Numbered from the whole stretch's first letter, positions 21,905 through 44,280 are shown. The stretch: DNA of 62,884 nucleotides, filler included, from Octopus bimaculoides (GCF_001194135.2; 7 parts of 7 records of this genome joined end to end with filler, not necessarily neighbours in it), one strand, 5' to 3'. Numbers and translations are program-made. Notes: generated from the letters alone by a model not told the origin.

Positions 21905-22089
21905 ACTGTGCCCGCCATAAGTTCGCATATGGAAAGACTGGCTTGATTGGCAAACTGTTCCGCTGTGAACCCAACGGTAATTACAACAAAATCCAATGTA
22001 CTGGAAGTGCGTGTTATTGTGTTGATGAAGTTGGCAAACAAGTTGGTAAATCAGTTCATATTACCCAGAGTGAATCAATGAACTGCTAG
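21905..22089 (+). CDS. Same gene, terminal exon encoding thyroglobulin type-1 domain 2
   Basis: TTTCTTTCAG acceptor (phase 1). Translation (N)CARHKFAYGKTGLIGKLFRCEPNGNYNKIQCTGSACYCVDEVGKQVGKSVHITQSESMNC* has six Cys in Tg1 spacing. Confidence 0.93.
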
Positions 22090-22152
22090 GGGGACACTGC
22101 CAAAGATCTCTGCTTGAGAGAAATTTGACTCAGGGTTTTATTTTGATGTCAC

Positions 22153-22158
22153 AATAAA
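22153..22158 (+). terminator. Candidate polyadenylation signal of the Tg1 gene
   Basis: AATAAA 64 bp after the stop codon, followed by a GT/T-rich region. Confidence 0.55.
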
Positions 22159-22814
22159 AAAAAAATTGAAATAATTTTTGAAGTGTAGTGTTTGTTTGTT
22201 TTTAAAAACCTCTTCGTCTTTTTTTCAGTACTGTTAATACTCATTACTATTCGCATGGTGTAGTTTAAGTTACTATTCAATTGGCCATTAGTTTCATAAT
22301 ATCACTTCGAATGCTGTACAAAGGCAGAATTATCATACACTTGAAGAATATCTTCCTACGCTCTTCAAGATCTACTTTATCTTTTACTCTTCTGTGGTTG
22401 ATAAAATATATAGCAATTATATCCAGTACAATAAGCTTTGCATCTCACTTAATCTCACGTCAGTATATAATATCATTACTAAAGTATGTTGACCAATTCT
22501 TAGTTTCAACTTGAGTTGGAACTCTTGAAATTATTTGAAAATATATATACAATTCTAGACTTCCGAAACTAGTCCCAAGTCCTTGGACTATCATCAGATA
22601 CCTTAATAAATTAAATATTCAAATAGTCATTGCGCGGTTGGTGTCAACAGACGAGAAGGGATACTTCTTTAGAATTGTCAGTATTTTTACAGGTCTTCGG
22701 CGCCAAGGCCAACTTTTCCTTTCATCCTTTCGGGGTAAATAAAATAAATACCAGTTGATCACTTAGCCCCGAATTGGACCAAACTTTCAAACCAATATAT
22801 TTCAGGTCTAAGAC

Positions 22815-23055
22815 GGTGAGCTGTCAGAATCGTTACCACGCTGGGCAAAATACTTAGCGGCACTTCTTCCGACTTAAAGTTGCGAGTTCAAATACTGCCG
22901 GGGTAGACTTTACTTTTTGTCCTTTTGGGGTTGACTTTAATTTCCGTGATTTTGGGGTCGATAAAAAAGTACCGTTTGAACACTGGGGTCGAGGTAATCG
23001 ACTTATCACCGTCCCAAAATTGCTGATCTTGTGCCAAAACTTGAAACCAATATTT
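22815..23055 (+). mobile_element. tRNA-derived SINE, family B
   Basis: Head GGTGAGCTGTCAGAATCGTTA..GAGTTCAAAT (A/B-box-like) and central TTTCATCCTTTCGGGGTCGATAAA-type domain. Homologous to 31745-31950 and 50692-50905. Confidence 0.8.
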
Positions 23056-24164
23056 TACATATCGCTAGTAAAATGTTTATGCAGAGATGAGAGCCAATTC
23101 CATAATGTGAGTGCCTCATAAATGCATTAAAATATTTCCTGCCTCATCATTAGTTATTTTTCTCAAGTGACTGGAAGAAACCCCAGTTGATCTGTCATTT
23201 TTAAAATGTTGGCGTCATGAGTAATATCCTAAGTTTCTGTAATCGTAATACAGTCTAGTTTTAATGGGATTATATGCAAGACTTCTCTCTTGTGTAATAT
23301 CTGCTTCTGAAAATAATCCTTGAATTGAATATTACTGCATCAATTAGCTACGGATATTGCCACAACCATATGGTTCCTAACCATTATTTCGAGATTTAAG
23401 CTACACTTCGTAGAGAATCCAATTATTTGCGCCCGTTGCAAAGTTTTTAACCATTACACACACACACACACCCCTCTCTCTCTCTCCCTCACACACTCTC
23501 TCTCTCACCCTCTCTCTCTATCTCTCTCACCCCCCCTCTCTATCTCTCTCACCCCCTCTCTCTCTATCTATCTATCTATCTCTCTCTCTTGCTCAGTCAC
23601 TCCTCCCTCTCTCCAAACATAGAATACGTTCTCTGATTCCAAGAGCTGCAACAATATATCTATCTCATTCAGCTCACTCTGCACTAATGTCTACATAACT
23701 TATATAAATCATAGACTTTGCCCATTTCTCCATTCTGCTAATAAAACACACTCCGAGTTATGATGATTCATAATATTGTTTTTTTTATGGATGAGAGAAA
23801 GCAATGGCTGATAAATATATGATTAATAATATTTAGCCAACATGTTAAAAACGACAATTTATAGAACAAGCTGTTTCAATTCCATTCAATACTTTTAACT
23901 TTCAAAAGACAATTCTATATGAAACTATAAACAACCGAGAAATACCATAAAATTTTTGAGTTTCCACAGATAACACTGTAACAAAATTTACATATTTTTT
24001 TTGGTCTTTGGTCAGTAAGTGTTATTTCCTATTTTTTCCTATCTAGAAATCAAAGGAAATGGTTACTATTCCCTTCAAACTTTGCTTCTGTGACCTGGAC
24101 ATCAATCTTTTGAAACTGATCTATTTTTCCATGATAATTCAGACAGATTCTGCGCTGAGCTGTT

Positions 24165-24350
24165 GAAGCAGAAATATTGTTATAGCAAATATTCTGCCTA
24201 ATACCACAGATTTGATTGTCAGTTGCCTGACCTTAACCAGTTAAGCATGTCCCTTAGTGGCTGACGATATGTGCATCTCTGATCACTAGCAGGAGTAGTG
24301 AGGGAACATCATAGCCATGTATTGAGAGAAGTCTTTAAGGGTTTGAATAA
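24165..24350 (+). mobile_element. Fragment of the 16331-16843 element family
   Basis: Reverse-complement homology to about 16600-16780 (AGCAAATATTCTGC, GCATGTCCCTT, GTGCATCTCTG, CATAGCCATGT). Confidence 0.75.
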
Positions 24351-27300
24351 GTGTAAGAAAAGTGAAGTTTGAAGGAAATAGCTATTTTTCATACTTTCTA
24401 GAGGTAAGCAAATAGGAAATAACAGTTGCTACCCAAAGACAAATATCGTGTTACACTGTGTAATTTATAGAGAAGAAATTATTTATCACGTCGACAAAAA
24501 ACTTGTTCGTTGCATTGAGGAAAGAAAGTCTTCTGTTTCTCAATGAACACCAGTATAACTTCCTTAGAGCTGTATTTATCAGAGACCTGCTTTCATACAC
24601 CATACACCAATAATGTTTTTCTCTTCAGAGCAAGAACAATGTTGTTGCTCTTTAACTCAGTATAGTCTTTAGCCAAGTTTTTTTTATGAGAACTTTCAAA
24701 ACAAATTGCCCGTCTGGGGGCTCCATTCATCAAGCACACCTAGGATCGGAAGTTTCATGGAAATTTTCTGTATAGAGTATATATAAATACCGTAAGAGTG
24801 GTCTAGCAATCAGTAAGAATATTAGCTACCGTTCCTGTATAACTCAATTTATTTTGTGAGTTAGACAGCACATACGAACCAAATAACCATGCTATAGAAT
24901 CAGCTGCATACTGCAAGGACCAGATATTTCTACTGAAGTTTACATTATATCCGAATCGATTTTTTCCTCGTATTAAAACATCTCAGGAAGCAAGAGATAA
25001 GTTGTAGAAATACAGTATAGGTTTAGAGATTTCCTACATCAGTGAACACGAGGAAAAAAGTAAAACTAGATTTAGTTTCTATGATCAGTAATGATGTTAG
25101 AAAAAAAGTATTGGAAACCGAGAGGAGAAGGTACATTTTTAGGCAAGTGATGGTACAGACGACAACAGCAGCAATAATAATAGTCACAACATTGTGAGAC
25201 GTGAACGTATTGAAACGAGACAACTTGAGGAATCCACAGTCAATATTCCAATACTTATTCGATCGAAGGAGATTTATATAGAAACAGAAAAATAAATGCA
25301 AAAATGAATTGGAGGATAAACGAAGATCTGTGTTATATGTAATGTAATTTTAGATGTTACAGAACAGAAAGTGACATTTAAAGAGTCTTTCGTTCTTTAA
25401 ATGCTACACAACAACTGTCGTGATATTGTCAGAAAAACACATTTTTTCACTGTCCAATAAGAGCTGTAATAATGTTCGCAAGTTAAGCGACTTTTTCTTT
25501 TTTTGCTTTTTTTATATTCATATTCACAACAGTAAAAGAATACTTTTAGAAGGCAGATAAGCTGGATTGCTAAATTTATTGTTAATGATTCAACATTTAG
25601 CACGAATTTACGTTAACCAACGCCATACATGCAAAATATAAAATAAATCTATACGCAACACAATGTTATAAGTGCAATATGTTGTTCAAATCTGTGTTGA
25701 ATATTCTGCTAAATGTCAAGCAGCACAAAGATGTGTTCAAAATAAAAGAAAATGAGATATATTTGTGTAAGGTAAGAATAAAAATACATTTAATGGTTTA
25801 CTTAATTGATTTTTGCCGGTGCTAACCACTGTTCGCTGCTTCGAATTTCGGTGATTATCTTTGATTATGTTCAGTATAATATCATTGATGCTATATTTGG
25901 TACAAATATACATGGAATATACTTTTATTTTATCACTAGTACCATTAAGAATAGACATTGTCTATACTTATAAGAAGGAATATATGAAATAATAAGTAAC
26001 AAAGCACTAATGTTACAATAGGAAATTCTGAGGAAATATTTTGATGAAGGAATAAACTGGAGGGAGAGTGTACCAATGAGGAATATGTTGGAAGAGGACA
26101 GGAGTTCCATCGTAAGTTATTCCTTGGAACGAAAGTCTGTATGTAACTTTTGATGCTGTGTTTAAAGTGAGAAATAAAATATAGATCAAAGTAGAGAAGA
26201 GAAGAGGCGAAAGTATTGCGAAGACTACAATATCTGAGGATCAGAGTTCCTTAGAATATTAATAGAAGACTGTGAATATATGTTGATAAATGATTCAAGG
26301 AATGGCCTAAGAAGATTTTACACAGAATTGAGCATTAATCGATCAGGTCTCATGGAATAACCTAGAAATCTGCCTTTCATCTGAATGGCTTTAACTTTTT
26401 TAGTTAGAATAGCCACACCACCGAATATTGTTTCTTTGGATACAGTTGTAGCATATTTCTACCCATAAATTCAGCATTCTCTCAGTCTTTTTTTTATTAC
26501 TTTCGACGATTCTACGCATGTCGAAGTTTTCAGTCAACCTCTTTTGATTACGTAGTTATGCAGAATCACTAAGAGACAGGAGTGTAGCCAACCATAGGAT
26601 GTTTTGGATCTGTAATATTGAAGTAATACATCTAGAAAATATTTGCAGGGGCTGTTTAAATCATTAGGGAGATTTATTAGGTGGATAAAGGCTTGCACGA
26701 TTCCGTAATAGCAAGGATCCTACAGATAAGTATATTTCTTTTTGAGCTAAATGTTGTCGATACTGTTTATCCGATTCACTCCTTGTAATTTACCAATACA
26801 GAGCAACTTGAATCGTATATATGAGACCATGAGGTGCTGATAAAGGTTTAATTACATAGGTGTTGTTTAGCCCAAGTTCAACCTTTGTCGAGCAGACCTT
26901 CCAGCGATAATTATTTCGTATATTTGCTCAGGTAAATTATACTAAATTATCTAATGTAAAAATAGTAGAAATAGTAAAGATGGAGAGCTTACAATACGGA
27001 AAGGAATAAATTCGATGACCGTTTTACACTTCAGGCATGAAGGCTTGTAGACAGAAGAGTCAACAAATGTCTATTCAGATACCGGCCATGTGATGTGAAC
27101 AGCGACCCCGCGGCGTCCGCTAAGAGTGGTCAACGCTAAACGTCACTAATAGTACTTTGTTTACTACTAATGATGGGTAATTAAATGCTATTAAATTTAT
27201 TCCTTTTCTGGACTGTACGATGCTCTTCATCTTTACTTCTTTATCCCAATGTTTCAAGCAAACTACAACGCTCTTCTGTTATGTGTCCTTTCTAAAGATG

Positions 27301-29494
27301 ATACAGTGTGACTTAAAGGAGATTTGGTTACTTTTTGCAGTGGCTTAAGAAACCGTATGGATGCTCCCTCGTTAGATCGTTACTCGATATTTGATGACTG
27401 AGCCGACATAGAGAATTGAATCACAGTAGCAGAGAAATTGAAGAATATGTATGTGAAATAAGCAGTGAAAGGCTTCCTTAACAGTTGCTAAAAGAAGATG
27501 TGTGCATCAATACATTGAAAACATGTCGGTAACCTTTCAGCAGTGCTGTTCTAATTGTTGTATAATGTTCCGACAGTAAGCACGAAAGTAATCTCGAAAT
27601 GATCTCCTTCTCGTCTACTTGTGACTTTCATGCAAATATATGTTTGTGTCATCGTTGTTGCCGTCTGATTCTACATGACTGTGGTAACTCAATACATCAA
27701 GATATTTCTAAATTTGTTCTGATTAATAATTGTATATTTGCTCTGATATTCTATAGTTATTATGTTGTGCACGTCAACACAGTATCCCTTCTGTTTTGTA
27801 AACATTCCACGTAGACTATCGCCATATCTCTTACTCTGGAGACATTTTATGTGCATCATCACTAATCTTGGTTTAACAGAAGAAATCAGGTAAACGTCTG
27901 TTTATCAGATGCTGCCGTAGACTATAGGTAAAATCACGCACTGTTGAACTTCGCAATACGCAAAAAGGCATGAATGCTCCACATTCTCGTATACTTCCTC
28001 CAATAAATAAAAAGCTTTGTGTCGTTGTAAGCAGTTTAGTTGATGTGTTGTACGATTCTGGTTTCTATTTATGAAATGGGGAAGACTATGACAAAGCATA
28101 TAAGTACAGCATAAAGGAGCTTCTATACCGTTGTTTTAGTTACTAGAAATAGCAGCCAAGCCTATTTCAAATCGCACCTTATTCTTTTAGCAAAAAACAA
28201 GGGCATATGGAATAATATGGGATGGTCACAGCTGGAATACCTTTGATGATAGATCTATTCAATCAAGGTTAATCTAGGCCGAACAACAACACCGACAACA
28301 ACAACCATTGTTTTCTTAACCGATATGATGTTGTAATATCAGTTTATATTTATAGAGTTGTGGAATATCTGAACTATTAAGCAATATTTCTTAACCCGAA
28401 GTCGACACTGATATACGATGAACCCAAAATCTTTAGCAAAAACTACGTCTAAAATGTAAACGAGCCAGCATTCAGTCATTCAGTCACCAGTATAAAATAT
28501 ACAACCATCAATACATCACACATAAAACATGAGTGGGGAGGGGTAGGAGTGGTGTCAGTCAGTGACTGGAGTTATTTCTTTTCATTTATGTTATTGAGGC
28601 AGCACAGGAAAGAATCGAAGTTATACATTCCAGTTTTCTCTTCCCTAAAATAAAGAGTATTTTGTACCCTATAAAAAACCAATTAAACTCAACGTTTTTG
28701 GTTTATAGCACTTGATTAAAAGAGATTTAAAGGCTGTCATGCCTTTCTCAAAAATATTAGCATTGTAGAAAACCCGGTAAATAGTAAACATTTTGGTTAC
28801 GGGTTCGCATCGTGTGAAGCATATGCTTATTTCAAGGTCCTCATCAGAGAAATTTTTCAGGTTGATTTGTTATTAATCTGAAAGGCTCCCATGAAGAATG
28901 AAATTGAGTGATACCACGTGATGTGCCCCTGATTGCCAATTATTGTATGAGAGATAATTTCCAGATTAATTTTGGCGGATTAAAAGTTCGAATTTTAAAT
29001 CGAAGAATAAAATAAAATATCCATAGTATATATATTTATTTTATTTTATTTCATTTCATTTTTTTTTTGTTTTGCTTTTTCATTCCAAAGATCATGTAAT
29101 GGAAAAATTATTATTGGCATCTTGGAGAAAAATTGTTTCAACTGTGAATGGATTGACTCCTCACGCAGAGAGTTCACCCCGTATTTTATAGTCCTTGTCA
29201 GATATCATTACATTAGTTTCTTTTAAATGAATCCCTAACTCGTATGTGAAGGGATGTTGTGACAGACACGCTACAATATAAAGTATAATTGAATTGAACT
29301 TGCATCGGCTGATCAGTGGAACAGGGTTACCGTGTTTAATACATTTCTTGCTCTATAGGCAACACGAATTACAATGCGGGCCTCTTTAATCACAGAAAGT
29401 TTTTTGAGGGTCACTCGTATACTTTATGCATTAATAGTCAAACAATCAAATTACAGAATCAAGAATTTTTCATACTTTTCGTTTCTCTCTTTTC

Positions 29495-29860
29495 TTTCTT
29501 TTATTCTTTTATTTGTTTCAGTCATTTGACTGCGACAATGCTGGAGCACCGCATTTAGTCGAACAAATCGCCCCAAGACTTATTCTTTGTAAACCTAGTA
29601 CTTATTCTATCGGTCTCTTGCCGAACCGCTAAGTTACGAGGACGTAAACACAGCAGCATCGGTTGTCAAGTGATGGTGGGGGAGCCAAACACACACACGT
29701 GGGCTTCTTTCAGTTTCCGTCTACCAAATGCATTCACAAGGCTTTGATTGGGCCGAGGCTATAGTAGAAGACACCTGCCCAACGTGTCACGCAGTGGCAC
29801 TGAACCCGAAACCATGTGGTTGGTAAGCAAGCTACTTACCACACAGCTACTCCTGCGCCT
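29495..29860 (-). mobile_element. tRNA-derived SINE, family A (bipartite, internal microsatellite)
   Basis: Head AGGCGCAGGAGTAGCTGTGTGGTAAGTAG, CORE-like CCTTGGGCAAG-type block, and tail GCAGTCAAATGACTGAAACAA-type. Homologous to 44281-44700. Confidence 0.9.
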
Positions 29861-30661
29861 ATAAAATTTGTTTAAAATCATAAAATTGTAGGCTATTGCG
29901 TTATTGCCACTTATAAATNNNNNNNNNNNNNNNNNNNNNNNNNNNNNNNNNNNNNNNNNNNNNNNNNNNNNNNNNNNNNNNNNNNNNNNNNNNNNNNNNN
30001 NNNNNNNNNNNNNNNNNNNNNNNNNNNNNNNNNNNNNNNNNNNNNNNNNNNNNNNNNNNNNNNNNNNNNNNNNNNNNNNNNNNNNNNNNNNNNNNNNNNN
30101 NNNNNNNNNNNNNNNNNNNNNNNNNNNNNNNNNNNNNNNNNNNNNNNNNNNNNNNNNNNNNNNNNNNNNNNNNNNNNNNNNNNNNNNNNNNNNNNNNNNN
30201 NNNNNNNNNNNNNNNNNNNNNNNNNNNNNNNNNNNNNNNNNNNNNNNNNNNNNNNNNNNNNNNNNNNNNNNNNNNNNNNNNNNNNNNNNNNNNNNNNNNN
30301 NNNNNNNNNNNNNNNNNNNNNNNNNNNNNNNNNNNNNNNNNNNNNNNNNNNNNNNNNNNNNNNNNNNNNNNNNNNNNNNNNNNNNNNNNNNNNNNNNNNN
30401 NNNNNNNNNNNNNNNNNNNNNNNNNNNNNNNNNNNNNNNNNNNNNNNNNNNNNNNNNNNNNNNNNNNNNNNNNNNNNNNNNNNNNNNNNNNNNNNNNNNN
30501 NNNNNNNNNNNNNNNNNNNNNNNNNNNNNNNNNNNNNNNNNNNNNNNNNNNNNNNNNNNNNNNNNNNNNNNNNNNNNNNNNNNNNNNNNNNNNNNNNNNN
30601 NNNNNNNNNNNNNNNNNNNNNNNNNNNNNNNNNNNNNNNNNNNNNNNNNNNNNNNNNNNNN

Positions 30662-30932
30662 ACCGTTAACGTAGTTCTCGGGGAGATTCAGCGTGACACA
30701 GTGTGACAAAGCTGACCCTTTGAATTACAAGCACAACAGAAACAGGAAGTAAGAGTGAGAGAAAGTTGTGGTGAAAGAGTACAGTAGGATTCGCCACCAT
30801 CTCCTGCCGGAGCCTTGTGGAGCTTTTGGTGTTTTCGCTCAATAAACACTCACAACGCCCAGTCTGGGAATCGAAGCCGCGATCCTATGACCACGAGTCC
30901 GCTGCCCTAACCACTGGGTCATTGCACCTCCA
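30662..30932 (-). mobile_element. tRNA-derived SINE, family D
   Basis: Minus-strand head GGAGGTGCAATGACCCAGTGGTTAGGGCAGCGG...TTCGATTCCC. The same head occurs at 32478-32528 (+). Confidence 0.75.
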
Positions 30933-31355
30933 CTAGAAGAGAATATACATTATGAATATACATTATTGTTGTGCACACCTACATCAGCTTTCTTCACTTT
31001 TGTTAAAACAGGGACAATTTCAATAATTCGGTCATAGTTATATTTCCATTATCCATCAATAAAGTCGCTTTTATTTTTACTTTTATATTGGTTTCAGCCA
31101 TTAAATTGTGACCATACTGGGGCATCATCTTCAGAGGTTTCAGACACAGGACTTACGTTCACTTAAAGACTGGTATTTATTTCATCGATCTCTACTTGTC
31201 TAAAGTTACACAATATAAATATAAACACGAACACGAACGTCATCACTACACACACATATATATTCATACATCTCTCTTCCCCACCTCTCCCTGGATGTAT
31301 ATATGTATGTATATAAATATGTGCGTGTATAAATATGTGTGTGTGTATCTATCTA

Positions 31356-31386
<31 letters not shown>

Positions 31387-31744
31387 NNNNNNNNNNNNNN
31401 NNNNNNNNNNNNNNNNNNNNNNNNNNNNNNTTAATTAATTAANNNNNNNNNNNNNNNNNNNNNNNNNNNNNNNNNNNNNNNNNNNNATATATATATATAT
31501 ATATATATATATACTTGGAACAACGAGCCCACTAGATATAAAAGATTTACAGACTAGCAGTATATCCAATATATATATATATATATACTCCCATCATCAG
31601 CTATCTAGTGGATATCTTTATGGTGTTAACAGCGTCAAAATCATAAACACTTTCTGGGAATTGAGACAACAAGCAGGAGCGAAGCATCAGCATAATACGT
31701 CCATTACATCTACACTTGCTTATTGTTACAAATACAAAGAAGAC

Positions 31745-31950
31745 GGCAAGCTGGCAGAATAGTTACCGTGCCGGACAAAATGCTTAGTAGCATTTCTTCC
31801 GACTTCACGTTCTGAATTCAAATTCCGCTGAGATCGACTTCGCCTTTCATCCTTTCGGGGGTCAATAAACTTAGTACTAGTTAAGTACTGGGGTCGATGT
31901 AATCAAACAGCCCCCTCCCACAAAATTTCAAGCTTTGTACTTATTGTAGA
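31745..31950 (+). mobile_element. tRNA-derived SINE, family B
   Basis: GGCAAGCTGGCAGAATAGTTA...GAATTCAAATTCCGC...GCCTTTCATCCTTTCGGGGGTCAATAAA. Confidence 0.85.
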
Positions 31951-32653
31951 AAGGATTAGTACGAATGCAAACGCCAAATCTCAGACATAAATCGTTTCAC
32001 ATTCATTAGTTAAAAACATAGCAATATCTTCGAAAAGGACATCAGTTTTTTTACAAGTGAGCTCTGTCGAGATGAAGACCTGTTGTGACATAAATTACTG
32101 ACAAGTAGATAGATTTAGGATAAAATCTTATTAATTAATTTAAGTTAGATTTACTAGTTAGATAATCAGAGTCAACACTATACAGAAAATCGTTTATTTA
32201 CTCGGCTTGATATCTATTTTCGAAAAATGTATATAAAATAGAAGAGTAAAAGACATTCTTATGTTTGAATATACTGTCAAATAAATTTTACAGTACATCC
32301 ATTAGAATTCGCTCTATCTGCCGGTTATTAAAACGATTTATTCGAAATTTTGGCTTCCGACAATGTAGCATATGATATGATGAAATACATAGTGTATGTA
32401 ACAGATTATCATAACGACACATTATCGCCGAGCTGTTTTACAGTTAAGATGACGTACATATTAAACTAAACAACAATGGAGGCGCAATGGCCTAGTGGTT
32501 AGGGCAGCGGACTCGCGGTCATAGGATAGTTTACCATATACCTTACTACAAATTTCCTACTTGATGACGTAATATATATATATATGTATGTATACATGTA
32601 TGTACCCCTAGCATGGCCACAGTCTAATGACTGAAACAAGTAAAAGAAAGGTG

Positions 32654-32814
32654 AGGCGCAGGAGTAGCTGTGTGGTAAGTAGGTTGCTTACCAACCACAT
32701 GGTTCTGGGTTCAGTCCCACTGAGTGGCACCTTGGGCAAGTGTCTTCTAATATAGCCTCGGGCCGACCAAAGCCTTGTGAGTGGATTTGGTAGACGGAAA
32801 CTGAAAGAAGCCTG
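32654..32814 (+). mobile_element. SINE family A, 5' half (cut by a gap, preceded by the tail of another copy)
   Basis: Near-identical to 44281-44443. Confidence 0.9.
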
Positions 32815-34164
32815 NNNNNNNNNNNNNNNNNNNNNNNNNNNNNNNNNNNNNNNNNNNNNNNNNNNNNNNNNNNNNNNNNNNNNNNNNNNNNNNNNNNNNN
32901 NNNNNNNNNNNNNNNNNNNNNNNNNNNNNNNNNNNNNNNNNNNNNNNNNNNNNNNNNNNNNNNNNNNNNNNNNNNNNNNNNNNNNNNNNNNNNNNNNNNN
33001 NNNNNNNNNNNNNNNNNNNNNNNNNNNNNNNNNNNNNNNNNNNNNNNNNNNNNNNNNNNNNNNNNNNNNNNNNNNNNNNNNNNNNNNNNNNNNNNNNNNN
33101 NNNNNNNNNNNNNNNNNNNNNNNNNNNNNNNNNNNNNNNNNNNNNNNNNNNNNNNNNNNNNNNNNNNNNNNNNNNNNNNNNNNNNNNNNNNNNNNNNNNN
33201 NNNNNNNNNNNNNNNNNNNNNNNNNNNNNNNNNNNNNNNNNNNNNNNNNNNNNNNNNNNNNNNNNNNNNNNNNNNNNNNNNNNNNNNNNNNNNNNNNNNN
33301 NNNNNNNNNNNNNNNNNNNNNNNNNNNNNNNNNNNNNNNNNNNNNNNNNNNNNNNNNNNNNNNNNNNNNNNNNNNNNNNNNNNNNNNNNNNNNNNNNNNN
33401 NNNNNNNNNNNNNNNNNNNNNNNNNNNNNNNNNNNNNNNNNNNNNNNNNNNNNNNNNNNNNNNNNNNNNNNNNNNNNNNNNNNNNNNNNNNNNNNNNNNN
33501 NNNNNNNNNNNNNNNNNNNNNGCGAGGAATCTTAATCCTAATTTTCTATTTTTTTCCCTTCTATTAATGTTCACAGAACACCTCAATACAACAAAGAATG
33601 AATAAAGAGGCAACTTTCATCAATAAATATCTTCCGCAAATAAATATGAACACATAACATAGTATAGAACACTACTAACCTTTCATTTAATACCACTAAC
33701 CCCCATACATCCCATACACCATTCACATTACAGATCTAGATCTACCCTAATTGCACCAAATCCAGAACTACTTACCTCCCTTACACATAATCTTTTTACT
33801 CAGGGACTAGTAGACCTGACACCGTTCAGTATTCGGTGTGCATTCAAAGCAATGATTAGTTACATTACGAAACCGGTATACTTTTGAATCTCTTTAACAA
33901 CTCACAATAATGACTTTTATTACCTTTATTCCTACCTCAGTTCATCTAATTGTATCTATCTATCGTTACTTTTCATAAAAAGCCTTTACTTTTTTCGATT
34001 TCCAATGTGCATTTTCGCTTATTTTTCTTCTTACTTTCCCCTAACATTTCCACGTGANNNNNNNNNNNNNNNNNNNNNNNNNNNNNNNNNNNNNNNNNNN
34101 NNNNNNNNNNNNNNNNNNNNNNNNNNNNNNNNNNNNNNNNNNNNNNNNNNNATATATATATATA

Positions 34165-34366
34165 TACACACATATTCTTTTATTCTTTTACACGTTTCAC
34201 TCATTTGACTGCGGCCATGCAGGAGCACCGCCTTAAAGAGTTTCAGTCGAAGAAATCGACACCGTCTACTAAATCCATTCACAAGGCTTTTGTCGGCCCG
34301 AGGCTATAGTAGAAGATACCTGCCCAAGATGCCACGCAGTCAAATGACTGAACCAAGTAAAAGATT
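34165..34366. mobile_element. Rearranged SINE family A (internal deletion plus fold-back)
   Basis: A minus-strand tail is fused to a minus-strand 5' half, which then switches at CGCAGT to a plus-strand tail. Confidence 0.75.
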
Positions 34367-34499
34367 AGAGCACTGTACTTGTCTTTCTTTCATGCTTTAT
34401 TTTCTTCTTTTCTTCTTCAGTTTCTTCTACTCTTTCCTCGTCCTCTTTTCGTCGTTTTTATTATTTCTTTTCCTTCTTTGAGTTAAATTCTATCTACGC

Positions 34500-43650
<9,151 letters not shown>

Positions 43651-44280
43651 GTACAGGACGTTACCAATGAGTGAAAAATACATTAGCAGACAAGATATAG
43701 GTACAGGACAAAATACCATAGAAGTCTAACTCCTCCTCAGTTGTCAACTGTTTATTACTCACCTGTTTTGTGCTTTTAATGACAAGACAGGAAGACTTCA
43801 TAAGACACCAGCATCCAGAAATTTTTAAAATATAAAATTTGTGGTGAGTCAGGGCTTTGAACGAACAAACAACACCAGAGTGGATGTTTAGAAGAAAACG
43901 ATGAATGAAGACAGATATTGAGGGTCGTTAGGCCAAGACAGATTTAATGGTTAATGCCTGGGAGAAACTTTGAAAGAATATGGAATAAATAGAAGAGAAA
44001 AATATATCAAGCGGTGGGAGAAATGACGTCCAGCTGGCTGGACATCCCATCTAGAAAAGACAGAGAAATGAGAAAAATGGCCTATAGTCATGTGTAAGCA
44101 CCGGGCAGAGGGGAACGGGGACAAGAGAGAGGATGAGGGAAAGAAACAAAGGGAGTGACTAGAAGGGAGAAGAAAAGAAAGATAGGGAGTGAAAGAATGA
44201 CAGACAGGGTGCAGCAAAGAAGGGTAGAAAACGAAATTTTAAGGATTATAGAGGGATAGAGAGAAAGAAAGAAAATATAT

